DNA of 64,000 bases from Gemmatimonadaceae bacterium (GCA_040902005.1 JBBDYA010000045.1:26747-90746), one strand, 5' to 3'; positions 1 through 10,633 are shown, counted from the stretch's first letter. Made by a program: numbers and translations. The notes: generated by a model not told the origin, from the sequence alone.

Positions 1-183
1 CGGCACCAGGGGCGCGTCATGAGCCGCACGCTGATCACGGAGTATGCCTGGGGATATCATTTCGATCCCGGCACGAACATCGTGGACGTCGTCATCAACC
101 ACCTGCGCAAGAAGATCGACGCGAAAAGCAGCCGGAAGCTGATCCAGACCGTGCGCGGCGTGGGCTACAGCATCCGCGAGTAG
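1..183 (+). CDS. OmpR/PhoB-family response regulator, C-terminal winged-helix part (5' truncated by window)
   Basis: Frame 1 reads ...LITEYAWGYHFDPGTNIVDVVINHLRKKID...LIQTVRGVGY SIRE*, a typical OmpR C-terminus; followed 7 bp later by a sensor kinase. Confidence 0.9.
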   Translation, partial: RHQGRVMSRTLITEYAWGYHFDPGTNIVDVVINHLRKKIDAKSSRKLIQTVRGVGYSIRE

Positions 184-190
184 CGACGCC

Positions 191-1714
191 ATGTGGTCCA
201 CGCGCGCACGACTCGCGGCCGCCTATTCCGGATTGTTGCTGGCGACCCTCGTGGCGTTCTCCATGGCCGTGTACCTGGCGCGCCGGGCATCGACGTATCA
301 GCAGCTCGGCGTGCGTGCGCAGCGATCGGCGGCGCAGGTGCTCGCCGTCATTCGCAATGCGGAACAGGCGGGACTGCCGCTGACCGTGCGCGACAGCTCG
401 CGGCGCGCGGGTGAATCCGGATCGGATTCCACCGAGCTCGTCAAGGTCAGTCCACTGCCGCAACTCCGCGCCACGCTCGAGCCGCTGCCGGGGTACTTCC
501 TGGTGCTGGACGACCGGAACCTGCTGCTGTATTCGTCGTTCGCCATTCGTCTGCTCAGTCCCGCGGATCAGCAGGAGATCAATCGGTTCTCGGTCGCGGA
601 ACTCGTGCCCGACGGCAGTGCCGCGATCGTTCCGTTGCCGACCGACACCCTCACGGGCGGCCGGATGCTGCTGGTGGCACGGAGCGATCCCGCGCTCAGG
701 CCGAACGTCTCTCGCGTGGTGGCGGGGCTTCCGGCGTCCGACGGCGAGCTGGCCCCGCAGCTCCTGGTCGGTACGATGTTTCTCCTGGCGCCCCTCTTCC
801 TGCTGGTTTCCGTGGGCGTGGCGTACATGATCGCGGGTAACACCTTCAAGCCGGTCGACCAGCTGATCAATGAGGTGGAAGCGATCACGGACGGCCGCAG
901 CCTGCATCGCCGCGTGCCGACGGACGAGGCGGACGAGGAGCTGGGGCGCCTCGCCGAAACGCTCAACCGGATGATCGGTCGCCTCCAGACGTCGTTCGGT
1001 GCCCTGCGGCGCTTCACCGCGGACGCGAGCCATGAGCTGAAGACGCCGCTGACCGTCGTCCGCGCCGACGTCGAGCGGGCGATGCATCCGTCCGCGGGGC
1101 AGGAGGAGCGCATGCAGGCGCTCGAGGAAGCGATGCAGGAAATCGCGCGCATGTCCGATCTCGTCAACAGTCTGCTCACCCTTGCGCGCGCGGATGAAGG
1201 GCGATTCGACCTGCATCGCGAACCGCTGCACATGGAACCGCTCGTGCGCGACGTCTTCGAGACGGCAGTCATTCTTGGCGAGAGCGCCGGCGTGACCATC
1301 TCGCTTCCGCTCGTGGAAGACGCCCTGGTCCTGGCCGATGAAACACGGTTGCGGCAGCTTTTTCTGAACGTGATCACCAACGCGATCAAGTACACGCCGC
1401 GCGGGGGGCACGTCGAAATGACCCTCAGCATGCGAAACAACAATGAGATCGGCTTTGCCGTCAGGGACACCGGTGTCGGTATCGCGGCCGCCGACCTGCC
1501 GCACGTGTTCGAACGGTTCTGGCGGCCCGACCGGGCCCGGCCGCGACCGGTTGGGGGAGACGGCAGGGGTGGCGGGTTTGGCCTGGGACTGGCAATCTCC
1601 CAATGGATCGCACAGGCACACGGAGGCACCCTGTCGGCGCAGTCCCGGCTGGGGCGGGGAAGCATTTTCACCGTCCTGCTGCCGATTGCCGGGAGCGACC
1701 CGCAGCGGTCGTAA
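191..1714 (+). CDS. Sensor histidine kinase (2 TM, HAMP, HisKA, HATPase)
   Basis: H-box FTADASHELKTPL, N-box NVITNAIKYT, G1 DTGVGI, G2 GFGLGLAI; two hydrophobic segments. Confidence 0.93.
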   Translation: MWSTRARLAAAYSGLLLATLVAFSMAVYLARRASTYQQLGVRAQRSAAQVLAVIRNAEQAGLPLTVRDSSRRAGESGSDSTELVKVSPLPQLRATLEPLPGYFLVLDDRNLLLYSSFAIRLLSPADQQEINRFSVAELVPDGSAAIVPLPTDTLTGGRMLLVARSDPALRPNVSRVVAGLPASDGELAPQLLVGTMFLLAPLFLLVSVGVAYMIAGNTFKPVDQLINEVEAITDGRSLHRRVPTDEADEELGRLAETLNRMIGRLQTSFGALRRFTADASHELKTPLTVVRADVERAMHPSAGQEERMQALEEAMQEIARMSDLVNSLLTLARADEGRFDLHREPLHMEPLVRDVFETAVILGESAGVTISLPLVEDALVLADETRLRQLFLNVITNAIKYTPRGGHVEMTLSMRNNNEIGFAVRDTGVGIAAADLPHVFERFWRPDRARPRPVGGDGRGGGFGLGLAISQWIAQAHGGTLSAQSRLGRGSIFTVLLPIAGSDPQRS

Positions 1715-1830
1715 ACCGCTGTTTTCATCGATTCTTAATCTGCGCCCCATTCCGGCGAAATAATCCCGAAATAGCTTCATCGTCGGAACAGCAGGTCGCG
1801 TCACGCCTCCACTTTCGAGGTAGCGTCGGA

Positions 1831-2529
1831 ATGTTCGAGAATCTCATCGAAACGAAGCCGAAGAAGCCGAAGACGGCCAAGACCATGGCGCTCAGCATTT
1901 TCTTCCACGCCGTCATCATTGGCGCCGCCGTCTACGGAACGCTCGAGGCCAAGGAAGCCATCGAGAAGCCCAAGGCCGAGAAAGTGCAGTTCCTCGATGT
2001 GCCCAAGGAGGAGCCGCCTCCGCCGGAGGAAGCGCCGCCGCCGCCCGAGATCGTCGTCGCGCCGCCGCCCCCCAAGGGATTCCAGGTGCTGACCGCGCCG
2101 ATCAAGATCCCGGATGTGCTGCCGGAAATCGACCTGTCCGCGAAAGTCACCGACGAGGCGGACTTCAGCGGAAAGGGCGTCCAGGGTGGCTTCTCCACTG
2201 GTGTCGGCTCGGGCCCGGTGAACGCGGATCAGACCTACTTTGAGTTCCAGGTGGAAAAGCAGGTTTCATCCACGGGCAACCTCCGGCTGAACTATCCCGA
2301 CATGCTGCGCTCCGCGAGCGTCGAGGGCGAGGTGCTCGCCCAGTTCGAGGTGGATACCACCGGTCGCGTGGTGATGGCCACGTTCAAGGTGCTCAAGTCC
2401 AGCCACGACCTCTTCACCACGGCGGTCCGGCAGGCACTACAGACCGCGCGATACTACCCGGCAGAGATCGGCGGTCGGAAGGTCCGGCAGCTCGTCCAGC
2501 AGCCGTTCAATTTCACGCTGACCCGCTGA
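1831..2529 (+). CDS. tonB: Energy transducer TonB
   Basis: N-terminal TM with S..H motif (LSIFFHAV), Pro/Glu-rich linker, C-terminal YP..LR...VEGEVLAQFEVD..G.V; ATG 1831 after GAGG. Confidence 0.85.
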   Translation: MFENLIETKPKKPKTAKTMALSIFFHAVIIGAAVYGTLEAKEAIEKPKAEKVQFLDVPKEEPPPPEEAPPPPEIVVAPPPPKGFQVLTAPIKIPDVLPEIDLSAKVTDEADFSGKGVQGGFSTGVGSGPVNADQTYFEFQVEKQVSSTGNLRLNYPDMLRSASVEGEVLAQFEVDTTGRVVMATFKVLKSSHDLFTTAVRQALQTARYYPAEIGGRKVRQLVQQPFNFTLTR

Positions 2530-2590
2530 CCCGCAGTTCCCGTCCTTATTTCCCTGGCGTCCAACACTCAAGTCGTGGAGTTCGTGATTT

Positions 2591-3331
2591 ATGGAAATGT
2601 CAATGCTGCACATGTGGGAGCAGATGGGATGGTTCGTGAAAGGCATCGTGATCACGATGGCCATCATGTCCATCTACTCGCTCACCATCGTGGTCCAGAA
2701 GTGGTGGAGCCTGCGGCAGGCGCAGAAGGAGACCGTGAAGTTCGCGCCGGAATTCTCCCAGTTCCTCGAGGAAGACAACCTCACTGAGGCGATTCGGCTG
2801 GCCGAGACGTACAAGAAGTCGCACGTCGCCCTCGTGCTGGGCGGTGCGTTGCAGGAAGTGAAGCCCCTCATCCAGGATGGCTCGGTGACGGTGGCAGACA
2901 TCAACTCGGCGGAGCGGGCCATCGAGCGCAACATGCTGCTCGAGATCACGAACCTGAAGCGCGGCCTCGCGGTGCTGGCCACCGTCGGCGCCACCGCGCC
3001 GTTCGTGGGACTGCTCGGCACCACCATCGGTATCGTGAATTCCTTCCAGGGCATGGCCACCAGCGGATCCGGCGGGCTTGCCGCGATTTCCGCCGGGATC
3101 TCCGAGGCGCTGATCGCGACCGCGTTCGGTCTCCTCGTCGCCATTCCTGCGGTGTGGGCCTACAACTACTTCACCACCAAGATCGACAACCTCACCGCGG
3201 AGATGACGTACGTCTCCAAGGAAATGATCGACTATCTCATCAAGGGTGTGAGCGGCGAGTTCGGTCGCTCGCGCTTCACGCGCGAGTTCAACGCGACCGC
3301 GACCAGCGGCAATACGCCGATCTCGCAGTAG
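2591..3331 (+). CDS. exbB: MotA/TolQ/ExbB proton channel protein
   Basis: APFVGLLGTTIGIVNSF and GISEALIATAFGLLVAIPA motifs. Confidence 0.9.
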   Translation: MEMSMLHMWEQMGWFVKGIVITMAIMSIYSLTIVVQKWWSLRQAQKETVKFAPEFSQFLEEDNLTEAIRLAETYKKSHVALVLGGALQEVKPLIQDGSVTVADINSAERAIERNMLLEITNLKRGLAVLATVGATAPFVGLLGTTIGIVNSFQGMATSGSGGLAAISAGISEALIATAFGLLVAIPAVWAYNYFTTKIDNLTAEMTYVSKEMIDYLIKGVSGEFGRSRFTREFNATATSGNTPISQ

Positions 3332-3358
3332 GCACACGCCCTCAGGAGAATCCAAGCC

Positions 3359-3820
3359 GTGGGAATTCAGCACAGCAGCGCTCCAGTTCAGAGCTCGCCG
3401 AACGTGACGCCGATGGTTGACGTCATGTTGGTGCTCCTGATCATCTTCATGGTGGTGACGCCCGCCCTTCTGGCGGGCTTCAACGCCAAGCCGCCCGAGG
3501 GGGTGAACCTGAAGGAGCACCCCGGAGACGAGGAATCCGACCAGGTGCTTGGCATCGACCGGGAAGGCCAGTACTACCTGAACAAGCAGCCGGTGAACAT
3601 TGACGAGATGCCGGCGATGCTCAAGCGGATCTACGATGCGCGCACCGAGGACAAGATCCTGTACCTCAAGGCGGACCGCGAGGTCAATTACGCGCTCGTC
3701 CTCGACGCGATCGACATGGCGTCGAAGAACGGCGTGCGCGTCGTGGGAATGATCAGCGAGCAGCGATCGGGTACCGTGTCCACGGTCGCGGGTGATACGC
3801 GCGAAAACCCGGAGAGATGA
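3359..3820 (+). CDS. exbD: ExbD/TolR biopolymer transport protein
   Basis: PNVTPMVDVMLVLLIIFMV motif, KAD..V.Y; AGGAG SD before GTG. Confidence 0.9.
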   Translation: MGIQHSSAPVQSSPNVTPMVDVMLVLLIIFMVVTPALLAGFNAKPPEGVNLKEHPGDEESDQVLGIDREGQYYLNKQPVNIDEMPAMLKRIYDARTEDKILYLKADREVNYALVLDAIDMASKNGVRVVGMISEQRSGTVSTVAGDTRENPER

Positions 3821-4263
3821 CGATGGCAATGTCCACGGGTGGTGGGGGCGGCCTCACCAACGACATGAACGTGACGCCGATGATCGACGTGCTGCTGGTG
3901 CTCCTGATCATCTTCATGGCCGCGATTCCCACGATGCGGAAGGCCATCGACATTCAGCTGCCGGACCCCACGCCGGCACCCGCGCAGGCGAATCCGCAGT
4001 CCAATCAGATCGTGCTCGAGGTCCTGCCGGGAGGCGTGTTTGCGATCAACACCGAAAAGGTGGACCTCGGCGGGCTGGGGCCCCGGCTCAAGGAGATCTA
4101 CGACCAGCGACCCGAGAAGATCATCTTTGTGAAGGGTGATCCTACCATCAAGTATCAGGACGTGATTCAGGCCATGGATATCGCGCGCGGATCCGGCGTG
4201 AAGGTCATCGGTGTGCCGCCCAAGGATATCGGAACCAAGTCCGCCGGGGGCGCAGGACAGTAG
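3817..4263 (+). CDS. exbD: ExbD/TolR biopolymer transport protein (second paralog)
   Basis: MNVTPMIDVLLVLLIIFM motif; ATGA overlap with previous gene. Confidence 0.9.
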   Translation: MTMAMSTGGGGGLTNDMNVTPMIDVLLVLLIIFMAAIPTMRKAIDIQLPDPTPAPAQANPQSNQIVLEVLPGGVFAINTEKVDLGGLGPRLKEIYDQRPEKIIFVKGDPTIKYQDVIQAMDIARGSGVKVIGVPPKDIGTKSAGGAGQ

Positions 4264-4289
4264 CGGTCGAGCTCGGAACGGCAGTCGAG

Positions 4290-4330
4290 CGGCGGACGAA
4301 CCCAGCGGGGATCGTCCGCCGTAGTGTTTT
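4290..4330 (+). terminator. Candidate terminator hairpin after exbD
   Basis: CGGCGGACGA/TCGTCCGCCG 10-bp stem followed by TAGTGTTTT. Confidence 0.4.
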
Positions 4331-4380
4331 GCAGCCCTTGCACTTCCGCGCACGCATCCCGACTGTCGGGTATAACGACT

Positions 4381-5178
4381 GTGAGCCAGGAATCCCCCCC
4401 CCCCTCCACTGGACATCGACGCCCGTACCGGGTGCCCCTCGGCCTGCCCAGCGCCCGGCACAGCTGGCGCGGAGGCACGGTGGCGTCGGTGCTCGTGCAT
4501 GCGGTGCTGATCGGACTGCTGCTCGTCGAGGTCGGGCGCAGCGCTGATTTGCGGGAGCTGAGTCAGGGGGCGGGTGGCCCGGGGCCGGCCGGCGGAGGCG
4601 GAGGCGGGCGGCGCGGCAGCGGCGCTCAGCCCGAAGCGCTCGAATACGTTCGCGTTGCGCCCCCGCCTGAGCCGGCACCCGTGGCACCGCCGCGCATCGA
4701 GACCGAGCCCGTTCCCGTGCCCCAGATTGCCCTGGTCCCGGCGATCCCCGAACCGGAGCTTCCCAGGCTGGCATCACTGCCAATCACTGGAGTGGGTGGG
4801 GGCACGGGATCCGACGTGACGGGCGGAACGGGAACCGGCACCGGTGGCGGCATCGGTACGGGCGTGGGAACGGGCACGGGCTCGTCGGTTGGCCCAGGCA
4901 CTGGCGGCGGGGACCAGCCGAACCACCCGCCGACGCCGATCGAGATGTTCATACCGCCGCTGCCGGTTCCGGCTGGGGCGCGAGGTGCCAGCGTGATCGT
5001 GGAGTTCGATGTGGACGAATCAGGGCGGGTGCGTGGCATCGAGTTTACCCAGACCCGGGACCGTGGCTACAACCGCCGTCTGCGACAGGCGCTGGAGGGG
5101 TACCGGTTCCGCCCGGGATCCCGTCCGGATGGCACGCCGGTTCGCATGAAGGCGCAGATCACGATCGATCTGCCCTAG
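4381..5178 (+). CDS. TonB-like protein with Gly/Thr-rich linker
   Basis: SVLVHAVL TM motif, Pro-rich and GTGTG-rich linker, C-terminal VIVEFDVDESGRV...YRFRPG...GTPV; start uncertain (GTG 4381 chosen). Confidence 0.7.
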   Translation: MSQESPPPSTGHRRPYRVPLGLPSARHSWRGGTVASVLVHAVLIGLLLVEVGRSADLRELSQGAGGPGPAGGGGGGRRGSGAQPEALEYVRVAPPPEPAPVAPPRIETEPVPVPQIALVPAIPEPELPRLASLPITGVGGGTGSDVTGGTGTGTGGGIGTGVGTGTGSSVGPGTGGGDQPNHPPTPIEMFIPPLPVPAGARGASVIVEFDVDESGRVRGIEFTQTRDRGYNRRLRQALEGYRFRPGSRPDGTPVRMKAQITIDLP

Positions 5179-5271
5179 CCCTAGCGTCCATCGCTTTCGG
5201 CAACATATACTTCCGTGTTCCAACGCCGGCCTCCCAGGCCGGCGTTGTGCTGTCCCGCCTGAACCCGGAAC

Positions 5272-6834
5272 GTGATGACGCGTGTGACCGCCAAGCCGGA
5301 CACCCCGCCAACGCAGCCGCAGTCCGAGTTCGTGAAAGCCATGACCCTGACCGACGCGACGATGCTCGTGGCGGGTATCATGATCGGCTCGGGGATTTTC
5401 ATCGTCTCGGCGGACATGGCGCGCAAGGTCGAGTCGCCGGCGTTCCTCCTGCTCGCGTGGCTGCTGACGGGCGTCATCACGCTGCTTGGCGCCCTCGCCT
5501 ACGGCGAGCTCGCGGCGATGTTTCCCCGCGCCGGCGGGCAGTATGTCTTCATTCGGGAGTCATTGGGCCCTCTGCCGGCGTTCCTCTACGGCTGGACGCT
5601 GTTCGTGGTCATCCAGACGGGAACCATCGCCGCTGTCGCCGTGGCCTTTGGCCGCTTTGCCGGCGTGCTCTTTCCCGCCATCTCGACCGAGATGTACGCA
5701 TGGTTCCCGAGCGCGCCCGTGTGTGTGGCAGCCCTGGGATGCAGTGATCCTGCACGGGCAATTACGCTCGGACTCAATCCGCAGCGGTTGGCGGCGCTCG
5801 TCAGCGTCGCGGTGCTGACCTGGATCAACCTGCGCGGCGTGCGCGAAGGCAAGTTCGTGCAGACGACGTTCACCGTGGCGAAGACGGGCGCGCTGATCCT
5901 GCTGATTCTGCTGGCCCTCACGATCGGCCGGAACGACACCGCGATTGCGGCGAATTTCAGCGGCGGCAACTTCGTCGGTGACGTGGACGTCACGGGCGTG
6001 TTCGTCATTGCCTTTGGCGCGGCGCTCGTCGGATCACTGTTCTCGAGCGACGCGTGGAACAACGTGACGTTCGCAGCCGCCGAGGTACAGAATCCTCAGC
6101 GGAATCTGCCCCTCGCGCTCGTGCTGGGTACCGGGATGGTGTCCGTCCTGTACGTGCTCGCGAACATCGGATACATGAGCGTGCTGCCGGTGGAGGGCGT
6201 GGCCGCCGGTACCACGGCCCTTGAGCGGGGCATATCTTACGCGACCGAGGATCGCGTCGGGACGGCCGCCATGGAAGTGATCTTCGGGCCGGTCGGCGCC
6301 ACCATCATGGCCATCGCGATTCTGGTTTCCGTGTTCGGGTGCAATAACGGACTCATTCTCGCTGGCGCTCGCGTGTTCTATGCGATGGCGCGTGACGGTC
6401 TGTTCTTCCGCAAAGCGGGAACGCTCAACCACAATCGCGTTCCAGCGACCGCGCTCGTGCTCCAGGCCATCTGGACCGGACTGCTGTGCCTGACAGGCAC
6501 ATACGGCCAGCTGCTGAATTACGTGATTTTCGCGGCCCTCGTGTTCTACGTGCTGACCACGATCGGCCTCTTCCGCCTGCGCGTGAAGCGGCCGGACATC
6601 CATCGGCCGTACCGGGCGATCGGCTATCCGTTTCTTCCAGCGCTCTACATCGTGCTCGCCGCGGGCGTGATGGTGTTGATCCTGCTGTCGCCGACCTCGC
6701 GCACCGAAGCGGTGTCCGGGCTCGTGCTCGTGCTCGTCGGCATCCCGGTGTACTTCCTCTGGCGCAAGGTGGAGGGCGATCGGCCCCCGCCGCCTCCCGC
6801 GCCGGCAGACGCGATTTCCCCCTCAACGACCTGA
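5272..6834 (+). CDS. APC-superfamily amino acid permease
   Basis: GIMIGSGIF, YGELAAMFPRAGGQY, AEVQNPQRNLP, RVFYAMARDG motifs; about 12 TM. Confidence 0.92.
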   Translation: MMTRVTAKPDTPPTQPQSEFVKAMTLTDATMLVAGIMIGSGIFIVSADMARKVESPAFLLLAWLLTGVITLLGALAYGELAAMFPRAGGQYVFIRESLGPLPAFLYGWTLFVVIQTGTIAAVAVAFGRFAGVLFPAISTEMYAWFPSAPVCVAALGCSDPARAITLGLNPQRLAALVSVAVLTWINLRGVREGKFVQTTFTVAKTGALILLILLALTIGRNDTAIAANFSGGNFVGDVDVTGVFVIAFGAALVGSLFSSDAWNNVTFAAAEVQNPQRNLPLALVLGTGMVSVLYVLANIGYMSVLPVEGVAAGTTALERGISYATEDRVGTAAMEVIFGPVGATIMAIAILVSVFGCNNGLILAGARVFYAMARDGLFFRKAGTLNHNRVPATALVLQAIWTGLLCLTGTYGQLLNYVIFAALVFYVLTTIGLFRLRVKRPDIHRPYRAIGYPFLPALYIVLAAGVMVLILLSPTSRTEAVSGLVLVLVGIPVYFLWRKVEGDRPPPPPAPADAISPSTT

Positions 6835-6868
6835 CGGCGTCACGCCGCTGAATACGGAGACTGGCTGA

Positions 6869-8947
6869 ATGGTTCTGCTCTATCTCGCGCTGGGTGCAGG
6901 TGTACTCGCGCTGCTCTTCGCTCTCGTGACCGCCCGGCGCGTGCTCAGGGAAGACACCGGCACGGACGTGATGCGGTCCATCGCCGCGCTGATTCAGGCC
7001 GGTGCCGCGGCATTCCTGCGACGGGAATACACGTTCCTGGCCGGATTTGTGGCCGTGGTCGCGGTGCTGATCGCGGTGTTTGTGGACTATGACATGACCG
7101 GCAAATTCGCCGCCATCGCCATCGTGGATGCAGGGAGATACGCCGACCTGCCGCGAACGGCGATCGCCTACGTGCTGGGCGCTTTCGCCTCCGCGACAGC
7201 GGGCTACATCGGGATGTACATCGCCGTGCGCGCGAACGTCCGCACGGCGGCCAAGGCGCGCGTGGGGCTGAATCCCGCCCTCCGCGTGGCGTTCTCGTCC
7301 GGCGCGGTGATGGGCATGACCGTGGTGGGCATCAGCCTCGTGTTCATCTCGCTGCTCTACCTCGTCTTCCAGCATTATCAGCCGCTGGCGGGCTTCGCGT
7401 TCGGCGCGTCGTCCATCGCGCTCTTCGCGCGCGTCGGTGGCGGGATCTATACCAAGGCGGCGGACGTCGGCGCCGACCTGGTCGGCAAGGTCGAAGCGGG
7501 CATCCCGGAGGATGATCCGCGGAATCCGGCGACCATCGCCGACAACGTGGGGGACAACGTGGGTGACGTCGCCGGCATGGGCGCCGACCTGTTCGAGTCC
7601 TACACCGGCGCGATTGTCGCCACCATGTCGCTGGCCGCGGTCGGCATCCTCGGCGTCGGCGAAAACGCCGTGCTGCCGGCGGGCGCGGATGCGACGTATG
7701 ACGCCAATGCCTTCGTGCTCCCGCTTGGCATCATGGGCGTGGGCGCCATCTGTGCCATTATCGGCACGTTCTTCGTGCGCACGAGCGAGAATGCAGACAT
7801 GGGACGGCTGCTGTGGGCGCTGCGTGCCGGCATCTTCGGCGCGGGTGCGCTGGTGCTGCTTGCCACGGCGGGCATGATCCAGTGGCTCGGGCTCGACTTC
7901 AATCTCTTCTGGGCGGTGCTGGCCGGACTCGTGGCGGGACAGGTGATCGGCACGGCCACCGAGTACTACACGGCATACGAGTTCGGGCCCACGCAGCGGC
8001 TCGCAGCGCAGGCGGTGTCGGGCACCGGCCCGGCCATCATCGGCGGCCTGGCGCTCGGTATGCTGTCCACGACCATCCCGCTGCTCACGATCGTCCTTGC
8101 CATCTGGGCCACCTTTGAACTCGCGGGCCTCTACGGCATCGCGCTGGCCGCGGTCGGCATGCTCTCCACGCTTGGCATCACGCTGGCGACCGACGCGTAC
8201 GGGCCCGTGGCCGACAATGCGGGCGGCATCGCCGAGCAGGCGCACCTGCCCGCCGAAGTGCGCGAGCGCACCGACGCGTTGGACTCACTGGGCAACACCA
8301 CCGCGGCGACGGGGAAGGGCTTCGCGATCGGCTCCGCGGTGCTCACGGCCCTGGCGCTGATGGTGTCCTACTCGCAGATCACGCGGGTCACCACGTTCAA
8401 CCTGCTCGACGTGAGCGTGTTGCTGGGGCTTCTCATCGGCTCGTTGATGCCCTTTCTCTTTGGCGCGCTCACCATGGGCGCGGTGGGCCGCGCGGCCATG
8501 AAAATGGTGGAGGAGGTGCGCCGCCAGTTCCGCGAGATTCCGGGCATCATGGAAGGGACCAATCCGCCGGATGCGGCCGGCGCGGTTCGCATCGCGACCG
8601 ATGGCGCCATCAAGGAGATGGTGCTGCCGGGCGCCATCGCCGTCGCTGCGCCGATCCTCGTGGGGGTTGTGCTCGGCGCCGAGGCGCTGGGCGGACTGCT
8701 CATCGGCTCCATCGGATCAGGGGCACTGCTGGCACTCATGATGGCCAACGCGGGCGGCGCGTGGGACAACGCCAAGAAGTACATCGAGAAGGGCCACCAC
8801 GGCGGCAAGAACTCCGACGCACACCGCGCGGCGGTGGTTGGTGACACCGTCGGCGATCCGTTCAAGGACACCTCGGGGCCGAGCCTGAACATCCTGCTCA
8901 AGCTGATGGCCATCGTGGCGGTCGTCTTCGGCCCGCTGTTCCTGTAG
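6869..8947 (+). CDS. hppA: Membrane-integral cation-translocating pyrophosphatase, K+-dependent type, probably Na+-pumping
   Basis: [53 protein letters not shown] motifs. Confidence 0.95.
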   Translation: MVLLYLALGAGVLALLFALVTARRVLREDTGTDVMRSIAALIQAGAAAFLRREYTFLAGFVAVVAVLIAVFVDYDMTGKFAAIAIVDAGRYADLPRTAIAYVLGAFASATAGYIGMYIAVRANVRTAAKARVGLNPALRVAFSSGAVMGMTVVGISLVFISLLYLVFQHYQPLAGFAFGASSIALFARVGGGIYTKAADVGADLVGKVEAGIPEDDPRNPATIADNVGDNVGDVAGMGADLFESYTGAIVATMSLAAVGILGVGENAVLPAGADATYDANAFVLPLGIMGVGAICAIIGTFFVRTSENADMGRLLWALRAGIFGAGALVLLATAGMIQWLGLDFNLFWAVLAGLVAGQVIGTATEYYTAYEFGPTQRLAAQAVSGTGPAIIGGLALGMLSTTIPLLTIVLAIWATFELAGLYGIALAAVGMLSTLGITLATDAYGPVADNAGGIAEQAHLPAEVRERTDALDSLGNTTAATGKGFAIGSAVLTALALMVSYSQITRVTTFNLLDVSVLLGLLIGSLMPFLFGALTMGAVGRAAMKMVEEVRRQFREIPGIMEGTNPPDAAGAVRIATDGAIKEMVLPGAIAVAAPILVGVVLGAEALGGLLIGSIGSGALLALMMANAGGAWDNAKKYIEKGHHGGKNSDAHRAAVVGDTVGDPFKDTSGPSLNILLKLMAIVAVVFGPLFL

Positions 8948-8948
8948 C

Positions 8949-10421
8949 CTACGCCGCCAGGTCTTCCTCCACGTGCCCTTCCGGGAGCTTCTCGATGGTG
9001 AACCCGGTGAAGCCGTACACGAGCGCGATCAGGGGGTTCAGCAGGTTGAGGAAGGCGAAGGGCGCGTATGTGAGCGTTGCAACGCCGAGCGTGGACGCCA
9101 TGAACGCGCCGCACGTGTTCCAGGGAACGAGGGCCGAGGTCATCGTCCCCGCGTCCTCGAGCGAGCGCGACAGGTTCTTGGGATGCAGGCCGCGCCGGCG
9201 GTACTCCGCCCGAAACATCCGGCCGGGAAGCACGATCGCGATGTACTGGTCCGACGCGACCACATTGGTGCCGACTGAAGTGGCCAGCGTCGCGGCAATC
9301 AGACTGCCCGTCCCGCGCACCGTGGTCAGAATGGCCGCCGCGATCTTCTGTAGAAGCCCGGCCGTTTCCATCACGCCGCCGAACATCATCGCGGCCAGGA
9401 TGAGCCACACCGTCGAGAGCATGCTCGACATCCCTCCACGCGTCAGCAACTCATCCAGCGCGGCGTTGCCGGATTCCAGCCGGAAGCCGTCGAACAGCGC
9501 GATCCACGATCCCTTCACCATGGCCAGCCAGACCGGCAGGGCAGGGTCGTTGACGAACCGAATCAGCGCCGCCTGCTGAAAGATCACGGCGAACACACAA
9601 CCCGTCAGCGCGCCGATCAACAGCGCGGGAAAAGCCGGCACCTTGCGAATCACGAGCGTGATGACCAGCGCCGCCGGCAGCAGCAGATGCGGGCCGATCA
9701 CGAAATTGTCACGCAGTGATGTGAGGATCGCGCCAAGCTGCTCCGTGCTCTGCGGCGACGGCACCACGAATCCCGCGATGGCAAACAGGATCAGGGCGAT
9801 GATCATGCTGGGCCCTGTCGTCCACGCCATGTGGCGGATATGCGTGAACAGGTCCGTGCCGGCGATGGCCGGAGCCAGGTTCGTCGTGTCGGAGAGCGGC
9901 GACATCTTGTCGCCGAAGTACGCGCCGGAGATGATGGCGCCGGCGGCGAGCCCCATGTGCAGGTTCTGCGCGGTGGCCACTCCCACCAGCGCCACACCGA
10001 CGGTGCCGGCTGTGGTCCACGAGCTGCCGGTCGCGAGGGCAACCATGGCGCACAGGACGCATGCGGCCGCGTAAAACACGGCAGGCTTGAGGATGAGCAG
10101 TCCGTAATAGATCATCGTCGGTACGACGCCAGCGAGAATCCAGGTGCCGATGACGGAACCGACCACCAGCAGGATCAGGATCGCGCCCATCGACAGGGAG
10201 ATGCCATGAACGATGCCGCGCTCGATCTCCTTCCATGAATAGCCGAGCCGCAGCCCCATGATGATTCCGATGCCTGCCGCCAGCATGAGCGCGATCTGGT
10301 TCGGTCCCGCCGAAGAGCCGTCTCCGAACAGGAATACCGAGGCGGCCAGGAGGCCGATGAGGACGACAACGGGGGTGAGCGCCTGCCAGATCGTGGGCGC
10401 CCGCTTCACGGTTTCCGTCAT
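8949..10421 (-). CDS. nhaC: Na+/H+ antiporter NhaC
   Basis: [46 protein letters not shown] motifs; start moved to ATG 10421 (GGAG upstream). Confidence 0.92.
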   Translation of the reverse strand: MTETVKRAPTIWQALTPVVVLIGLLAASVFLFGDGSSAGPNQIALMLAAGIGIIMGLRLGYSWKEIERGIVHGISLSMGAILILLVVGSVIGTWILAGVVPTMIYYGLLILKPAVFYAAACVLCAMVALATGSSWTTAGTVGVALVGVATAQNLHMGLAAGAIISGAYFGDKMSPLSDTTNLAPAIAGTDLFTHIRHMAWTTGPSMIIALILFAIAGFVVPSPQSTEQLGAILTSLRDNFVIGPHLLLPAALVITLVIRKVPAFPALLIGALTGCVFAVIFQQAALIRFVNDPALPVWLAMVKGSWIALFDGFRLESGNAALDELLTRGGMSSMLSTVWLILAAMMFGGVMETAGLLQKIAAAILTTVRGTGSLIAATLATSVGTNVVASDQYIAIVLPGRMFRAEYRRRGLHPKNLSRSLEDAGTMTSALVPWNTCGAFMASTLGVATLTYAPFAFLNLLNPLIALVYGFTGFTIEKLPEGHVEEDLAA

Positions 10422-10633
10422 GCGGGAGAGTTCTCCTCGGTGGCGCGGTGGAGGGGAGGGGGGGTGCGCGGCCAAGCCCGTGCATGGTAACGCGTTATAG
10501 GGCCATTCGGCAAATCGTCAAGCTGGCGCCGCCTCGCCTCACGCCGTAGTATCGTCGCGGTCGTCCGCTTGCGCGATCGCTCCCTTCCGCCGATCGCGTC
10601 ACGCTCCGTTCGCCTTTCTCCGGCCCCGAACTC

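Noticed and set aside
95..1804. 569-aa antisense ORF over the histidine kinase, and similar long antisense or alternate-frame ORFs (6425..8245, 16410..18251, 29712..31295, 31881..33578, 56750..59713, 59764..61770)
   Set aside because: Shadow ORFs of real genes caused by high GC3 and scarcity of stop codons; Arg/Ala/His-rich with no family motifs
4790..4912. GGCAC(C/G)/GGAACG-type short repeats
   Set aside because: They encode the Gly-Thr linker of the TonB-like protein; no constant repeat-spacer structure, so not CRISPR
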